Source: Promethearchaeota archaeon Loki_b31 (GTDB lineage: Archaea > Asgardarchaeota > Lokiarchaeia > Sigyniarchaeales > SOKP01). From it: a stretch of DNA of 55,734 bases. Under the pieces are notes generated by a model. That model made no database searches. It worked only from the letters and a program-made list of their open reading frames with translations, and was not told the origin of the DNA. The translations under genes were made by a program, and so were the position numbers. Shown in pieces: positions 38,323-48,065 of the stretch. The stretch spans positions 1 to 55,734 of the forward strand of contig NJBI01000016.1 of the NCBI GenBank assembly GCA_005222975.1, given 5' to 3'. Position 1 is the first letter of the stretch. Every line of letters starts with the position of its first letter.

Positions 38323-40596
38323 TTATTTATATAAATCCGCATTTGATTCTTTGATGTTTCTAGACGTTGTAATTACTTTTGCCATATCTTCATACTTTTC
38401 AATAATCTCAGTTGGTAAAGTAGATTTGATTTTAGAAAGTGCAAATTCAAAATGTTTATATTCGATTTTATCTATATCTTCCATTTTTTCTCTAATTGCT
38501 TGCATTCCCGCTTCTCTACAGACATTTTCTAAGTCCGCACCGCTATAACCATCAGTAATTTGGGCAATATGTTTCAATGAAACGTCGTTGGCCAAGGGCA
38601 TATTGCTTGTATGGACTCCTAGTATCTTTTTCCGCGATTCTAAATCAGGGGCCATTACATATAATAATCTATCAAAGCGCCCAGGTCTTAAGAGAGCAGA
38701 ATCTACTAAATCTGGACGATTAGTACTAGCAATTACTATAACTCCTTTTCTATCTTCTAATCCATCCATTTCTACAAGGATTTGGTTAACAATTGAAGAA
38801 GTTACTCCTGATCCCGTTCCGTCATAAGACATTCTAACCGCTGTTATTGCATCAATTTCGTCAAAATAAATGATCGAAGGAGACGCTTGACGTCCTTTTC
38901 TAAAAATTTCGCGGATTGATTTTTGACTTTCTCCAACCCATTTTGATAATATTTCGGGTCCTTTCACGGTAATAAAATTACATTTACTTTCACTAGCCAC
39001 CGCTTTAGCTAAAAGAGTTTTTCCACAACCCGGGGGTCCAAAAAGTATAATCCCATTTAAAGGTCTAATTCCAGCTTTCTCGAAAAGTTTAGGATACTTA
39101 AGAGGCCACTCAACAGCTTCTTGCAACTCTGATTTTATATCTTCTAAGCCTCCAACATCTTCCCAACTAATGTCAGGAATGTCTATCATTATTTCTCGCA
39201 TTGCTGAAGGTTCAACCATATTAGTTGCCTGTATAAAATCTTTATCGGAAATCCTTAATTCTTGAATAATATCGCTAGGTATAGGTTCATCTAAATTAAT
39301 TTTAGGCAATATTCTTCTTAAAGCGAACAGAGCTGCTTCTCTACACACTGCCATAATATCGGCTCCTGCAAATCCATAAGTTATTTCCGAATATCGATTG
39401 AGAGCAACATCCTCTTCAAGCGGCATCCCCCTTGTATGAATTTGAAATATTTCTTTTCGTCCTTTCACCGTAGGAACTCCAAATTCTATTTCGCGATCAA
39501 ATCTTCCCGGTCTTCGTAAAGCTTCGTCTAATGCATTTATTCTATTTGTAGCACCTACAACTATTATATGACCCCTACCTTGTAACCCATCCATCAAAGA
39601 AAGTAATTGAGATACAACTCGTCTTTCTACTTCTCCAGAAGTATCGCTCCTTTTTGGAGCGATAGAATCAATTTCATCAATAAATATTATAGAGGGTGCA
39701 TTTTTTTCCGCATCGTCGAATATCTCCCGAAGCCTTCCCTCACTAGCTCCATAAAATTTGCTCATAATTTCTGGACCATTTATAGAAATAAAATAAGCGT
39801 TTGATTCTTGAGATACAGCTTTTGCCATTAAAGTTTTCCCCGTACCTGAAGGTCCATAGAAAAGTACGCCTTTTGGGGGGTCAATATTTAACCTATGAAA
39901 AAGTTCTGGGTGTTTTAAGGGCAATTCTACCATTTCTCGAATTCTCTGGATTTCGTCAGTTAAACCACCTACATCATCATAAGTAACTATTCCTCCAGAT
40001 ACGTTTAGTAAAGCAACTCGTTTATTAACTTTAATTCTAGTATCACGAGTGATTTTTACAATTTTTTTAGCCGGTGATGTATTTTCAACGACCAATCTTA
40101 ATAGACCTAAAGTTGGTCTCCTCTTATGGCTTCTCATGAACATATTCATCATCTGATTCATTGGATTATCCGGATCTGTCTTTTGATAAACAGCTCCTAA
40201 AACTTCGACTATATCTCCTGTAACAACGGGTTTATCAATTAGTTTTGCTAAAATGGATTCGGATTGTTTTTTTAAATCTATATTGGCTTTAGTTGGTGTT
40301 AATACAATCTCTTCGGCAGGATATATTTTCGCAAGTCTAATTGAAATAAACTCACCAATCGTTGCCCCAGCATTAAGTCGTTGAAGTCCATCTAATCTTA
40401 TTGTCCCTCTCCCTTTATCAGCAATGCTAGCTACGACTATACCCGTAGTTTTCTTTTTTCCCCTCATTTCAATTATGCTTCCCGTGCTTAAACCCATATT
40501 TTCAACAATTTCTTGGTCAAGATAACATAATGAACGGCCGCTACGAGATTTTTCTAGCTCTTCTATTCTTACTTTAATTTCTTTTATTGAAGACAT
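38323..40596 (-). CDS. cdc48: Cdc48/p97/VAT AAA+ ATPase
   Basis: N domain plus two AAA modules (GPSGTGKT and [20 protein letters not shown]); C-terminal LYK HbYX motif. Confidence 0.96.
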   Translation of the reverse strand: MSSIKEIKVRIEELEKSRSGRSLCYLDQEIVENMGLSTGSIIEMRGKKKTTGIVVASIADKGRGTIRLDGLQRLNAGATIGEFISIRLAKIYPAEEIVLTPTKANIDLKKQSESILAKLIDKPVVTGDIVEVLGAVYQKTDPDNPMNQMMNMFMRSHKRRPTLGLLRLVVENTSPAKKIVKITRDTRIKVNKRVALLNVSGGIVTYDDVGGLTDEIQRIREMVELPLKHPELFHRLNIDPPKGVLFYGPSGTGKTLMAKAVSQESNAYFISINGPEIMSKFYGASEGRLREIFDDAEKNAPSIIFIDEIDSIAPKRSDTSGEVERRVVSQLLSLMDGLQGRGHIIVVGATNRINALDEALRRPGRFDREIEFGVPTVKGRKEIFQIHTRGMPLEEDVALNRYSEITYGFAGADIMAVCREAALFALRRILPKINLDEPIPSDIIQELRISDKDFIQATNMVEPSAMREIMIDIPDISWEDVGGLEDIKSELQEAVEWPLKYPKLFEKAGIRPLNGIILFGPPGCGKTLLAKAVASESKCNFITVKGPEILSKWVGESQKSIREIFRKGRQASPSIIYFDEIDAITAVRMSYDGTGSGVTSSIVNQILVEMDGLEDRKGVIVIASTNRPDLVDSALLRPGRFDRLLYVMAPDLESRKKILGVHTSNMPLANDVSLKHIAQITDGYSGADLENVCREAGMQAIREKMEDIDKIEYKHFEFALSKIKSTLPTEIIEKYEDMAKVITTSRNIKESNADLYK

Positions 40597-40716
40597 GATT
40601 AAAATTGATTAATTATTTATAGTATTAAAAAAATACAATTTCAAATTTATATAGTAAATGGTAATTTATGTTTTTTTCTATTTTTTTTTATAATTGTCTA
40701 GTAAGAATTAATAAAT

Positions 40717-41517
40717 TTAATAGGAAATTTCTAAGTTTAAGTTCTTTTCTAGAAATGTTATATATTCCTTTGAAATTTTTGAATCTTTAAGAGATAAATT
40801 TAAAGATTTTTTGATAAATAATTTTCTTAATTTTAATATTCTATTTTTATAGATTTGCAACTCTGGATTCTTTAATAACTCTCCAACAATAAGCCGAGTT
40901 TGTTTATCTAATACCTCGTGATACTGATCAATAATTTGAACTTCGTTTCTCCTTGCTGTATCGCTTATTCTCGCCAATTTTAATTTAGTATTAAAAATTT
41001 TAACTAAATTCGTTATTTCTATTTTTAGATTCTCAGTTTTCGATAAATCATAGCTTTTTAGTGTTTTATCCCAATTATAATTATGAAAAGAATCAAATTT
41101 TACATTCACATTAGAAATTACTTGGTTTGGAATCGTACAGCCCCTTTTTTCATTCCATTTAACACATACTTCGAAGGGTGTTGCTATATAAATAAAAAAG
41201 AAGGATTTTTTTAAATTCTCAGCGATTTCTTTTAAATCATGTCTCATGCTTGTATAATAATTTAAATCGTCGCTAATAACAATAAAATTATTCTTTAAAG
41301 CAGATTCTACTCTCTCTAAATTAGTTTTTCTTACAAAATGTTCATTTTTGGAATTAAATTTATTTGGAAAATGAATATTCCTAATTTTGTCAGGGTCTAT
41401 TATTTTAACCTTATACGAAGTTATTTGCTCTATAGTTTCTTTTAGCAAGATTGCAAATGTAGTTTTACCCGAAGCTGGTAATCCAACTAAAACTATTAAA
41501 AAGTTTTGATCAATCAC
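40717..41517 (-). CDS. pstK: O-phosphoseryl-tRNA(Sec) kinase / Kti12-like P-loop kinase
   Basis: VGLPASGKTT, DPDKIR, DDLNYYTSMR, WNEKRG, YNWD. Confidence 0.75.
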   Translation of the reverse strand: MIDQNFLIVLVGLPASGKTTFAILLKETIEQITSYKVKIIDPDKIRNIHFPNKFNSKNEHFVRKTNLERVESALKNNFIVISDDLNYYTSMRHDLKEIAENLKKSFFFIYIATPFEVCVKWNEKRGCTIPNQVISNVNVKFDSFHNYNWDKTLKSYDLSKTENLKIEITNLVKIFNTKLKLARISDTARRNEVQIIDQYHEVLDKQTRLIVGELLKNPELQIYKNRILKLRKLFIKKSLNLSLKDSKISKEYITFLEKNLNLEISY

Positions 41518-41583
41518 TTACTTCTTCAGCTTCATAAAAGGTTTTTATTAATTTTTTTTTTTGTTTCCTAGAAAAAGTTTTAA
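41510..41583 (-). pseudogene. Displaced native 3' end of the small GIY-YIG gene
   Basis: Reads KTFSRKQKKKLIKTFYEAEEVSD*, homologous to KRYSRKEKVQLIGTFSEEEP* of 44169-44471; its stop overlaps the pstK start. Confidence 0.72.
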
Positions 41584-41752
41584 ATCTTACATTTTTCTGC
41601 TTACTTTCCTAAGAAAAAAATGTTATTCCTTATATAAATATTTACATGTTTATGCCATTCAGTTATACTAAAATTAGTACTCTTTAATCCATATTTAGAT
41701 AATGTTTATCAGTAATTTAAAAAAATAATATAATTATTCTTTAATTATCGAT

Positions 41753-43312
41753 TTAATCCAAAAAATCGTTGACTTCATGAAATCCGAGGTAATTGGTTGC
41801 AAAGAAAATTTTAGCATCTTCAAAAATATTAAAATTCCATTTTCGTTTAAAATAACGAGCAGTAAATCCTTTACGACCAAGCATTAGATCAATTTTAGTA
41901 TGTGGTGTATTTCTTCTTATTAAGTTTTCAATAATAGGTTCCAAAAAGATGTCTCTCATTGCGTCCCACGACTTACCCGTACCTGTATCCCATAATCGGT
42001 TCTTAAGCATCCTGAATAACGAATCTTTGTCGTATAAGGCTCCTTCTGCTCTTGGGTTAGCAATACTCATTGCTTCGAACACTTCAATAGCTTCATACAT
42101 CTGAAAACCACTTTGCAAGAGAGAAATAACTATTGGTTTAATGAAAAATCTTTCGTAAGCTATTGAAGGATCCATTTTTAGATAATCATTTGTCCACTGG
42201 TAAATAGCACTCAAGGAATAAGATTTTTCAGAGATAGTCCCACTTATAAATTGTTCATGAGCTTTTTTAATATCTTTGAAAGCGGTGGCCTTATAATCTT
42301 CATCAAATTTTACAAATTTTTTAGCAATTTCGTGAGCCATCAACCCTTGACTATAATACTCTATAAGTTTTTTAGTCCGTAAGTAAGTAGAGACTTCTTT
42401 ATATCCCACATTACTTCCAAATTGATCGGAATACCATGTTTTTAGCCTATTAAGAATAGTTGACGTCGTAACACCGTATCTCACAGCAATATCGAGCATT
42501 TCATACCCCCTCTCGATTAAGTGATTTACATCATCAAAAAAGATTCCTTTAATATATCCAGAATGCTCATCACCTTTTAAAGAAGTCAAATCCCCGACAT
42601 GTTTATTATAATCCAAATTAATAGATAAATCAAAACCATATTTTGACTTTGCATCTCTATTGAAAGAAATAGTAAAGAAATCTTCGCTTATAATTGCGTT
42701 TTTTCGCCCTATTTGAACATCGAGAATTATCATTTTAAAACTTTCAATACCTTGTAATTTTATATCTTCATATAAAGGAAAACCTTCATATTTTTTCAAT
42801 TTTGAATCTTTCTGATATAATTTAGCTCTTATTTGCGGAAGGTTTTTAGTCATTCCTATTCTTATACCATCTTCAGGTCTCTCCTTATTAACGAATGCGT
42901 ATATAATATATGGTATTTCTTCAACTTTAGTAGCTTTTTTCGAAAGATCTCTATACTTATGAAGAAGTTTATCTTGAGTATTAGGATATTTTCTTGCGTT
43001 ATTGATGTTTAAACTTTTTACGCCTACGGAATTACTAAGATCTAAAGATTTGAATTTTTCAGAATAAACATTGTTGAAATGCTGCTTATAAAACTCAAAG
43101 AACTCAAAATACGACAACTTATCAATTATTCTTTTATTAAAAAAAACACTTAGATTATTGTAAGTGAGATTTTTATATTTCTGAGAGAAATTTGCAAAGA
43201 AACGGCAAAGAAGTTGATTAACGCGCGTTTTATTTGAGAAATTGTCAGAGTTTTTATCATTAAAATAACGTGTGATAGCCCTTATCTTCGTGAATAACGA
43301 AGATATTTTCAT
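41753..43312 (-). CDS. Putative GIY-YIG-like endonuclease with HTH/helical repeats
   Basis: IIYAFVN...IRIGMT...RAKLY, LYEDI...GIESF, SE, DYN; HTH DIAVRYGVTTSTILNRL; repeats FFIKPIV and WDAMRDIFLEPII. Confidence 0.65.
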   Translation of the reverse strand: MKISSLFTKIRAITRYFNDKNSDNFSNKTRVNQLLCRFFANFSQKYKNLTYNNLSVFFNKRIIDKLSYFEFFEFYKQHFNNVYSEKFKSLDLSNSVGVKSLNINNARKYPNTQDKLLHKYRDLSKKATKVEEIPYIIYAFVNKERPEDGIRIGMTKNLPQIRAKLYQKDSKLKKYEGFPLYEDIKLQGIESFKMIILDVQIGRKNAIISEDFFTISFNRDAKSKYGFDLSINLDYNKHVGDLTSLKGDEHSGYIKGIFFDDVNHLIERGYEMLDIAVRYGVTTSTILNRLKTWYSDQFGSNVGYKEVSTYLRTKKLIEYYSQGLMAHEIAKKFVKFDEDYKATAFKDIKKAHEQFISGTISEKSYSLSAIYQWTNDYLKMDPSIAYERFFIKPIVISLLQSGFQMYEAIEVFEAMSIANPRAEGALYDKDSLFRMLKNRLWDTGTGKSWDAMRDIFLEPIIENLIRRNTPHTKIDLMLGRKGFTARYFKRKWNFNIFEDAKIFFATNYLGFHEVNDFLD

Positions 43313-43829
43313 GAATACTTAGTATAATCGCAGATAAAACTTCTGCTTGAATTTCCATTCGAAGTGGATTATAAATTTTTTTAAATACGGGTTCTACAGG
43401 TTTTAATTCTGTAAGTGTTCGTATAATGGTAAATGTCAACATTGACAACATATCTTTTGTATCATGTAAAGTTATAGGAGTATTATAATAATCATAATCA
43501 ACAATTTTTTCTTCAAATTTAGTGAAAGTATCGTAATTCTTTAGCCTTCCTATTAAATTTACTATATTATCAGCAAAATACCTAATAAATACATCAATCA
43601 TTTTCACTTCTGTCTGTAGAGGATCTCCGTTAGGTATTAAAACCTTTTTTTGGATATAAGATTTTTCGTGATAAAATTCATAAAAAAACATAATTACTAA
43701 ATCATATATTTTTTCTTGCGGACAAAATTGTTCCAATCGATAAAATTCTCCATCATGTCTATTGATCATAGAAACCTTTAAAATCTTGTTAGCTTTTTCG
43801 GCAATTTCAGAATTAAGATAGATTTTCAA
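43260..43829 (-). CDS. Hypothetical protein; possibly the N-terminal part of the downstream ORF via a +1 frameshift
   Basis: 53-nt overlap; ends TTA TTT TAA, with the downstream ORF in the +1 frame. Confidence 0.6.
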   Translation of the reverse strand: MKIYLNSEIAEKANKILKVSMINRHDGEFYRLEQFCPQEKIYDLVIMFFYEFYHEKSYIQKKVLIPNGDPLQTEVKMIDVFIRYFADNIVNLIGRLKNYDTFTKFEEKIVDYDYYNTPITLHDTKDMLSMLTFTIIRTLTELKPVEPVFKKIYNPLRMEIQAEVLSAIILSIHENIFVIHEDKGYHTLF

Positions 43830-44168
43830 TTATTTTGACACCTTATTTGAATTATTCCTATAAATATTAAATTATCAAAATCATATTTATAATCCTTTTT
43901 TATCGGGTAAGACACATCCACAATACTCACAAATTTTTTGTCCAGCTTCATTTAATTTCATATCACACTCATTCTTTTGGTCGTATATTTATTCTAATAG
44001 AGCTGTTAAAAGCACAGGTAGAATAAACATTAAAACGAATATTAAGATACTAGTTTATTACAAATGATTAGTTACTTTTTTAATCTACAGTATTCTACAA
44101 ATCTATAGGGTTCATTAACACTTCCATGTTTTTGGTTCATTTTATCGTCGTTCACCCTTAGACTCCTT

Positions 44169-44471
44169 TTAAGGCTCCTCTTCACTGAAAGTTCCTATAA
44201 GCTGAACTTTCTCTTTCCTTGAATATCTCTTAATTTCTAACTCCCTCTTCAAAGCATCACTTTTTTCGTAAAATGTTTCGAAATATTTTAATTGAATTTT
44301 CTTTTTCCCTCGACAAAATTTAGCCCCAGTTCCCTTTTTATGTTCTTGTAATCTTCTGTTAAGATTATTAGTATATCCCGTATAGAATCTTTTTTTGTTA
44401 TTTTTCGCAATTGTTTCTAATATATAAACATAATAAAGAGACATGTCAGCTTCACTATTTATAAAATGCAT
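44169..44471 (-). CDS. Small GIY-YIG nuclease (UPF0213/YhbQ-like), chimeric C-terminus
   Basis: YYVYIL...FYTGYTNNLNRRLQEH..G.GAKF...ALKRELEIK. Confidence 0.9.
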   Translation of the reverse strand: MHFINSEADMSLYYVYILETIAKNNKKRFYTGYTNNLNRRLQEHKKGTGAKFCRGKKKIQLKYFETFYEKSDALKRELEIKRYSRKEKVQLIGTFSEEEP

Positions 44472-44647
44472 TTTTTTCTATTTATTCTTTTAGGCAGATA
44501 TTTAATCTTTTAATGTTGTTAAAAGAAAGTGCGCAATTCAGTATATATACATATTATATTTTTTTAATTAAAAATTAAAAATTAAATTTATTAATAAAAA
44601 CTTTTATAATTTTTAAAGGAAGCTTTTGATTTTTTAGGTGTGATGCT

Positions 44648-45283
44648 ATTCCTCTAGGTATTTGCTTGATTAAGTGGGATGAGATTCTTGGCGGAAACAT
44701 ATACATGAAATATCCCAATGATCTAGGAATTCTTGATAATGTCGTGCAACAGATCCAAATTTCACACAATTTCGTTGAATCGTACATTACTATTGAAGAA
44801 AAGAATTGGAATTCAATTTCATATTATAACGAAAACAAAGAAATCATTATCGTATTAGTTTTAGATAAATACGACGACAGTTCAGATTATACCGTTATTT
44901 TAGATGAGTTCAAAAAAGAGCTAGAGTTAGAGTTAAACGAAGATAGGCTCAAAGAACATATAGAAAGAATATATAATCTTTCCTTAAAAGTTTTTAGAAC
45001 GAGAGACGAAGTAATAGCAAAATTAAGCAATGAAGTAGCTCAATTGAAAACTTTAGAATATGATTTTAAAAAGAAATTTGAAATGATTTTAAAATCAGAT
45101 CATCTAAAAGTAAAGAGCAAAATTCAGTTTTTATTAGCTATTAACGAAGAAATGAAATATGAGGATATTAAAAAATCTATTAATACGAATAAAAGATGGT
45201 TAGATAGTGTTCTTGACACTCTTTCTAAAAATAAAATAATCAAGTATGATAACGAAAAAGGTACCTATTATCTTATTGTTTGA
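44648..45283 (+). CDS. Longin-like N-terminal domain, coiled coil and winged-helix C-terminus
   Basis: (M)PLGICLIKWDEILG...YP N-terminus and a C-terminal wHTH pattern; probable ATT start after AGGTG. Confidence 0.65.
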   Translation: MPLGICLIKWDEILGGNIYMKYPNDLGILDNVVQQIQISHNFVESYITIEEKNWNSISYYNENKEIIIVLVLDKYDDSSDYTVILDEFKKELELELNEDRLKEHIERIYNLSLKVFRTRDEVIAKLSNEVAQLKTLEYDFKKKFEMILKSDHLKVKSKIQFLLAINEEMKYEDIKKSINTNKRWLDSVLDTLSKNKIIKYDNEKGTYYLIV

Positions 45284-45393
45284 ATATTTCTAAACACTCT
45301 TTAATAAAAAAAATACATTATTAAAAAAGTTCTTACTTTTATTATTATAAATTCAAATTTTGAATCTTTTAAAAAATAATTGGGTAAAAAACC

Positions 45394-46527
45394 ATGAACC
45401 TTTCAGATGAAGAACAAAATGAAGTCCTAAAAGTAATGAAATCTCAAATGTTGACCCTTTTACACGGCGAATATGTAAAAAAATTTGAGGAAGAATTCGC
45501 TCGTTACATTGGCGTTAAACACGCTATTGGTGTTAATGCCGGAACTGCTGCGTTACATATGTCTATAGCTGCTTTGGACATAGGACCCGGAGATGAGGTT
45601 ATTATCCCTCCTTTTACATTTATAGCAACCGCAAGTTCAATATTACACAATAATGCAATACCGATATTTGCGGATATTGATAATAAATCCTATACGATCG
45701 ATCCCGAATCCGTGAAAAAACATATTACGGATAAAACTAAGGCAATTATTCCAGTTCATTTAGCGGGCATTTCAGCCGATATAGGTGCCCTTAAAGACAT
45801 TGCAAACGATTTTAATTTATATTTGATTGAAGACGCTTGCCAATCGCACGGAACAAAATATTTGGGTAAGAATGTTGGTTCTCTTGGAGATATTAACACT
45901 TTTAGTTTTTACCCTTCAAAAAATATGACTACTGGAGAAGGCGGCATGATAACAACAAACAACGATGAGCTAGCTGAACAATGCCGTTTACTTAGACATC
46001 ACGGTGAACCAGAGTGGTATGTATACAATCGTTTAGGTTATAATTATAGGATGACTGAAATACAAGCCGCAATAGGAAGGGTTCAATTAAAGAAAATCGA
46101 TAAATTTATAAAAATAAGAAATAAAAATGCTATGTACTTAACAGAAGCAGTAAACAAAATAGACGGAATTGATCCACCTTATATCCCAGATTATTGTGAA
46201 CCCGCTTTTAATTATTGGATAGGGCGTATTCATCCAAATAAACTCGGTTTGAATAAAGCTGAATTTTTAAACAAATTTCCTAAGAGTAAAGTCCTTTACC
46301 CTAAACCCTTATACGAAACTAAATTATTTAAGGAAAAAATTGCGTATCCAAAAGGATGTCCCTGGTCGTGTCCTTTTTATGGCAAAGAAATAGATTATAA
46401 TAAAATAAAATTACCTATAGTTGAAAAAGTTACCAAAGAGATTTTTGCTTTAGATATCCACCCAAAAACGACTAAAGAGGGTTTAGATCACAACATTAAT
46501 TCAATGCAGAACTTAATCAAGAAATAA
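45394..46527 (+). CDS. DegT/DnrJ/EryC1/StrS aminotransferase
   Basis: GTAALH, EDACQSHG, SFYPSKNMTTGEGG, GYNYRM. Confidence 0.94.
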   Translation: MNLSDEEQNEVLKVMKSQMLTLLHGEYVKKFEEEFARYIGVKHAIGVNAGTAALHMSIAALDIGPGDEVIIPPFTFIATASSILHNNAIPIFADIDNKSYTIDPESVKKHITDKTKAIIPVHLAGISADIGALKDIANDFNLYLIEDACQSHGTKYLGKNVGSLGDINTFSFYPSKNMTTGEGGMITTNNDELAEQCRLLRHHGEPEWYVYNRLGYNYRMTEIQAAIGRVQLKKIDKFIKIRNKNAMYLTEAVNKIDGIDPPYIPDYCEPAFNYWIGRIHPNKLGLNKAEFLNKFPKSKVLYPKPLYETKLFKEKIAYPKGCPWSCPFYGKEIDYNKIKLPIVEKVTKEIFALDIHPKTTKEGLDHNINSMQNLIKK

Positions 46528-46552
46528 ATAGTAGGGTGAGAATCTTCTTTTT

Positions 46553-46834
46553 ATGAAAAGAATTATAATCAAAGTATATGGAAGCGTTCAGGGCGTTTTC
46601 TTTCGTTACACTACACGTCAAGTGGCACGTAAAATAGGTTTAACTGGATTTGTTAAAAATTTAGCTGATGGAAGCGTTTATATCGAAGCTGAAGGAACTG
46701 AAAGCGAGTTAAAGGAATTACTTAAGTTCGCAAAAAAAGGTCCGAAATATGCTAAAGTTGAAAATATAAAATATGAATTTAAAGAAGCTCAAAATAAATA
46801 TAAGGGTTTCGATTACTACTTTAATTTCCAATGA
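46553..46834 (+). CDS. acyP: Acylphosphatase
   Basis: VYGSVQGVFFR, GFVKNLADGSV. Confidence 0.95.
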   Translation: MKRIIIKVYGSVQGVFFRYTTRQVARKIGLTGFVKNLADGSVYIEAEGTESELKELLKFAKKGPKYAKVENIKYEFKEAQNKYKGFDYYFNFQ

Positions 46835-46889
46835 ATATATTACGTAGATATTATTAAAGAAAATAAATAATATTTCGATATTATTACTC

Positions 46890-47243
46890 ATGTCGGTATT
46901 ATTAAAGAGAAATAAATTCCTTCAATTCTTTCAATCTATCAACCATAACAAAATCAAATATCAAGGACCATTAATTTTAAGGATGTATGGTTTATTAAAT
47001 GAATTAGAATTGCGTAATGAAAATAGATACATTCTATGTAATTTCATAGATCAAAATAGTGAATTATTCGATTTAAAAAGGGATATATACAAACGCAATC
47101 ACGATGTATCCTTGAATCAATTATTTCTCTTTGCCTATCATAAAGCTAGGACAAATAATCTATTAAACAACTTATATGGGGAATATTTTAACTGTATTGA
47201 TGCTATATCGAAAAAAGTTGACACTCAGACTAATTTAACTTAA
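46890..47243 (+). CDS. Hypothetical protein
   Basis: 117-aa open frame, co-oriented with neighbours. Confidence 0.6.
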   Translation: MSVLLKRNKFLQFFQSINHNKIKYQGPLILRMYGLLNELELRNENRYILCNFIDQNSELFDLKRDIYKRNHDVSLNQLFLFAYHKARTNNLLNNLYGEYFNCIDAISKKVDTQTNLT

Positions 47244-47371
47244 ATCCCGTTAATCGAGTTGAAACCTCATTACACCACAATTAAATACTCCTAAATATTT
47301 AGGTGAAAATTATTAATAAGGATAAGTATTATTATGAAAGTAAATAAAGTCAATAATTTATGTGAACAATT

Positions 47372-47908
47372 ATGACCACTGAACATGAACCAAAATATAT
47401 TATAAAAATTTGTTTACTTGGAGAAGCCAATGTCGGTAAAACCTCATTAGTTTATAGATTTATCGAAAATAAATTTAAAGACAATTATAAAAGCACTCTT
47501 GGCGTAAACCTTTTAAAGAAAGATATGGAACTTAAAGGATATGGCGATGTTTCTGCTCAGATATGGGATCTTGGCGGTCAAGAAAGCTTTAGAAGTCTCC
47601 GGAGGTTGTATTTGGAAGGTGCAAATGGCGCTTTAGTTATATACGATTGTACTAAAAGAAATACTTATGAAAAACTTCATGATTGGATCCAAGACTTTAA
47701 AGATGCTAGAGGAAACGAGCCTTTGGTTCTAATTGGAAACAAAAACGATTTATCCGATAAAATCAAAATTACTGAGAGCGAAGCAAGCCAATTTGCAAAG
47801 AGTTATAACATGGAATTTGTATCCACTTCTGCTAAAACAGGATCTAATGTAGAAGACGCTTTTTTAGAAATCACAAAAAAAATTTTGGATAAAAATTTGA
47901 ATAAATAG
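47372..47908 (+). CDS. Rab-like small GTPase
   Basis: GEANVGKTS, WDLGGQE, NKND, TSAK. Confidence 0.95.
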   Translation: MTTEHEPKYIIKICLLGEANVGKTSLVYRFIENKFKDNYKSTLGVNLLKKDMELKGYGDVSAQIWDLGGQESFRSLRRLYLEGANGALVIYDCTKRNTYEKLHDWIQDFKDARGNEPLVLIGNKNDLSDKIKITESEASQFAKSYNMEFVSTSAKTGSNVEDAFLEITKKILDKNLNK

Positions 47909-47952
47909 AGATGTAGATTTAATCTCGACATATTTTATATCTGAATTTTTTC

Positions 47953-47994
47953 TCATTTATAAAGACTTTATAAACAAAAAATCATTTATAAAGA
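47953..47994 (+). promoter_or_regulatory. Triple TATA-box cluster upstream of tbp
   Basis: TCATTTATAAAGA twice (47953, 47982), with TTTATAAA between them (47967). Confidence 0.5.
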
Positions 47995-48065
47995 AATACC
48001 CCTTTTTAAAAGAATTTAATTTTTCTTAAATTAATTCAAATCATATTTATCAATATTGATGTAAG

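Larger units (their letters stand above)
41584..44233. mobile_element. Island 2 (~2.65 kb) inserted in the small GIY-YIG gene, carrying a replacement 3' end
   Basis: Bounded by TTAA at 41580-41583 and 44230-44233 at the equivalent codon; contains a large GIY-YIG-like ORF pair. Confidence 0.65.

Noticed and set aside
43887-44030. Decayed minus-strand ORF (hydrophobic start, internal TAA, CEYCG) in island 2
   Set aside because: Too short and disrupted to support as a feature.
41580-44233. TTAA boundaries as a piggyBac-like or IS target-site duplication
   Set aside because: No DDE transposase or terminal inverted repeats seen; TTAA is very common in this AT-rich DNA and is better read as microhomology.
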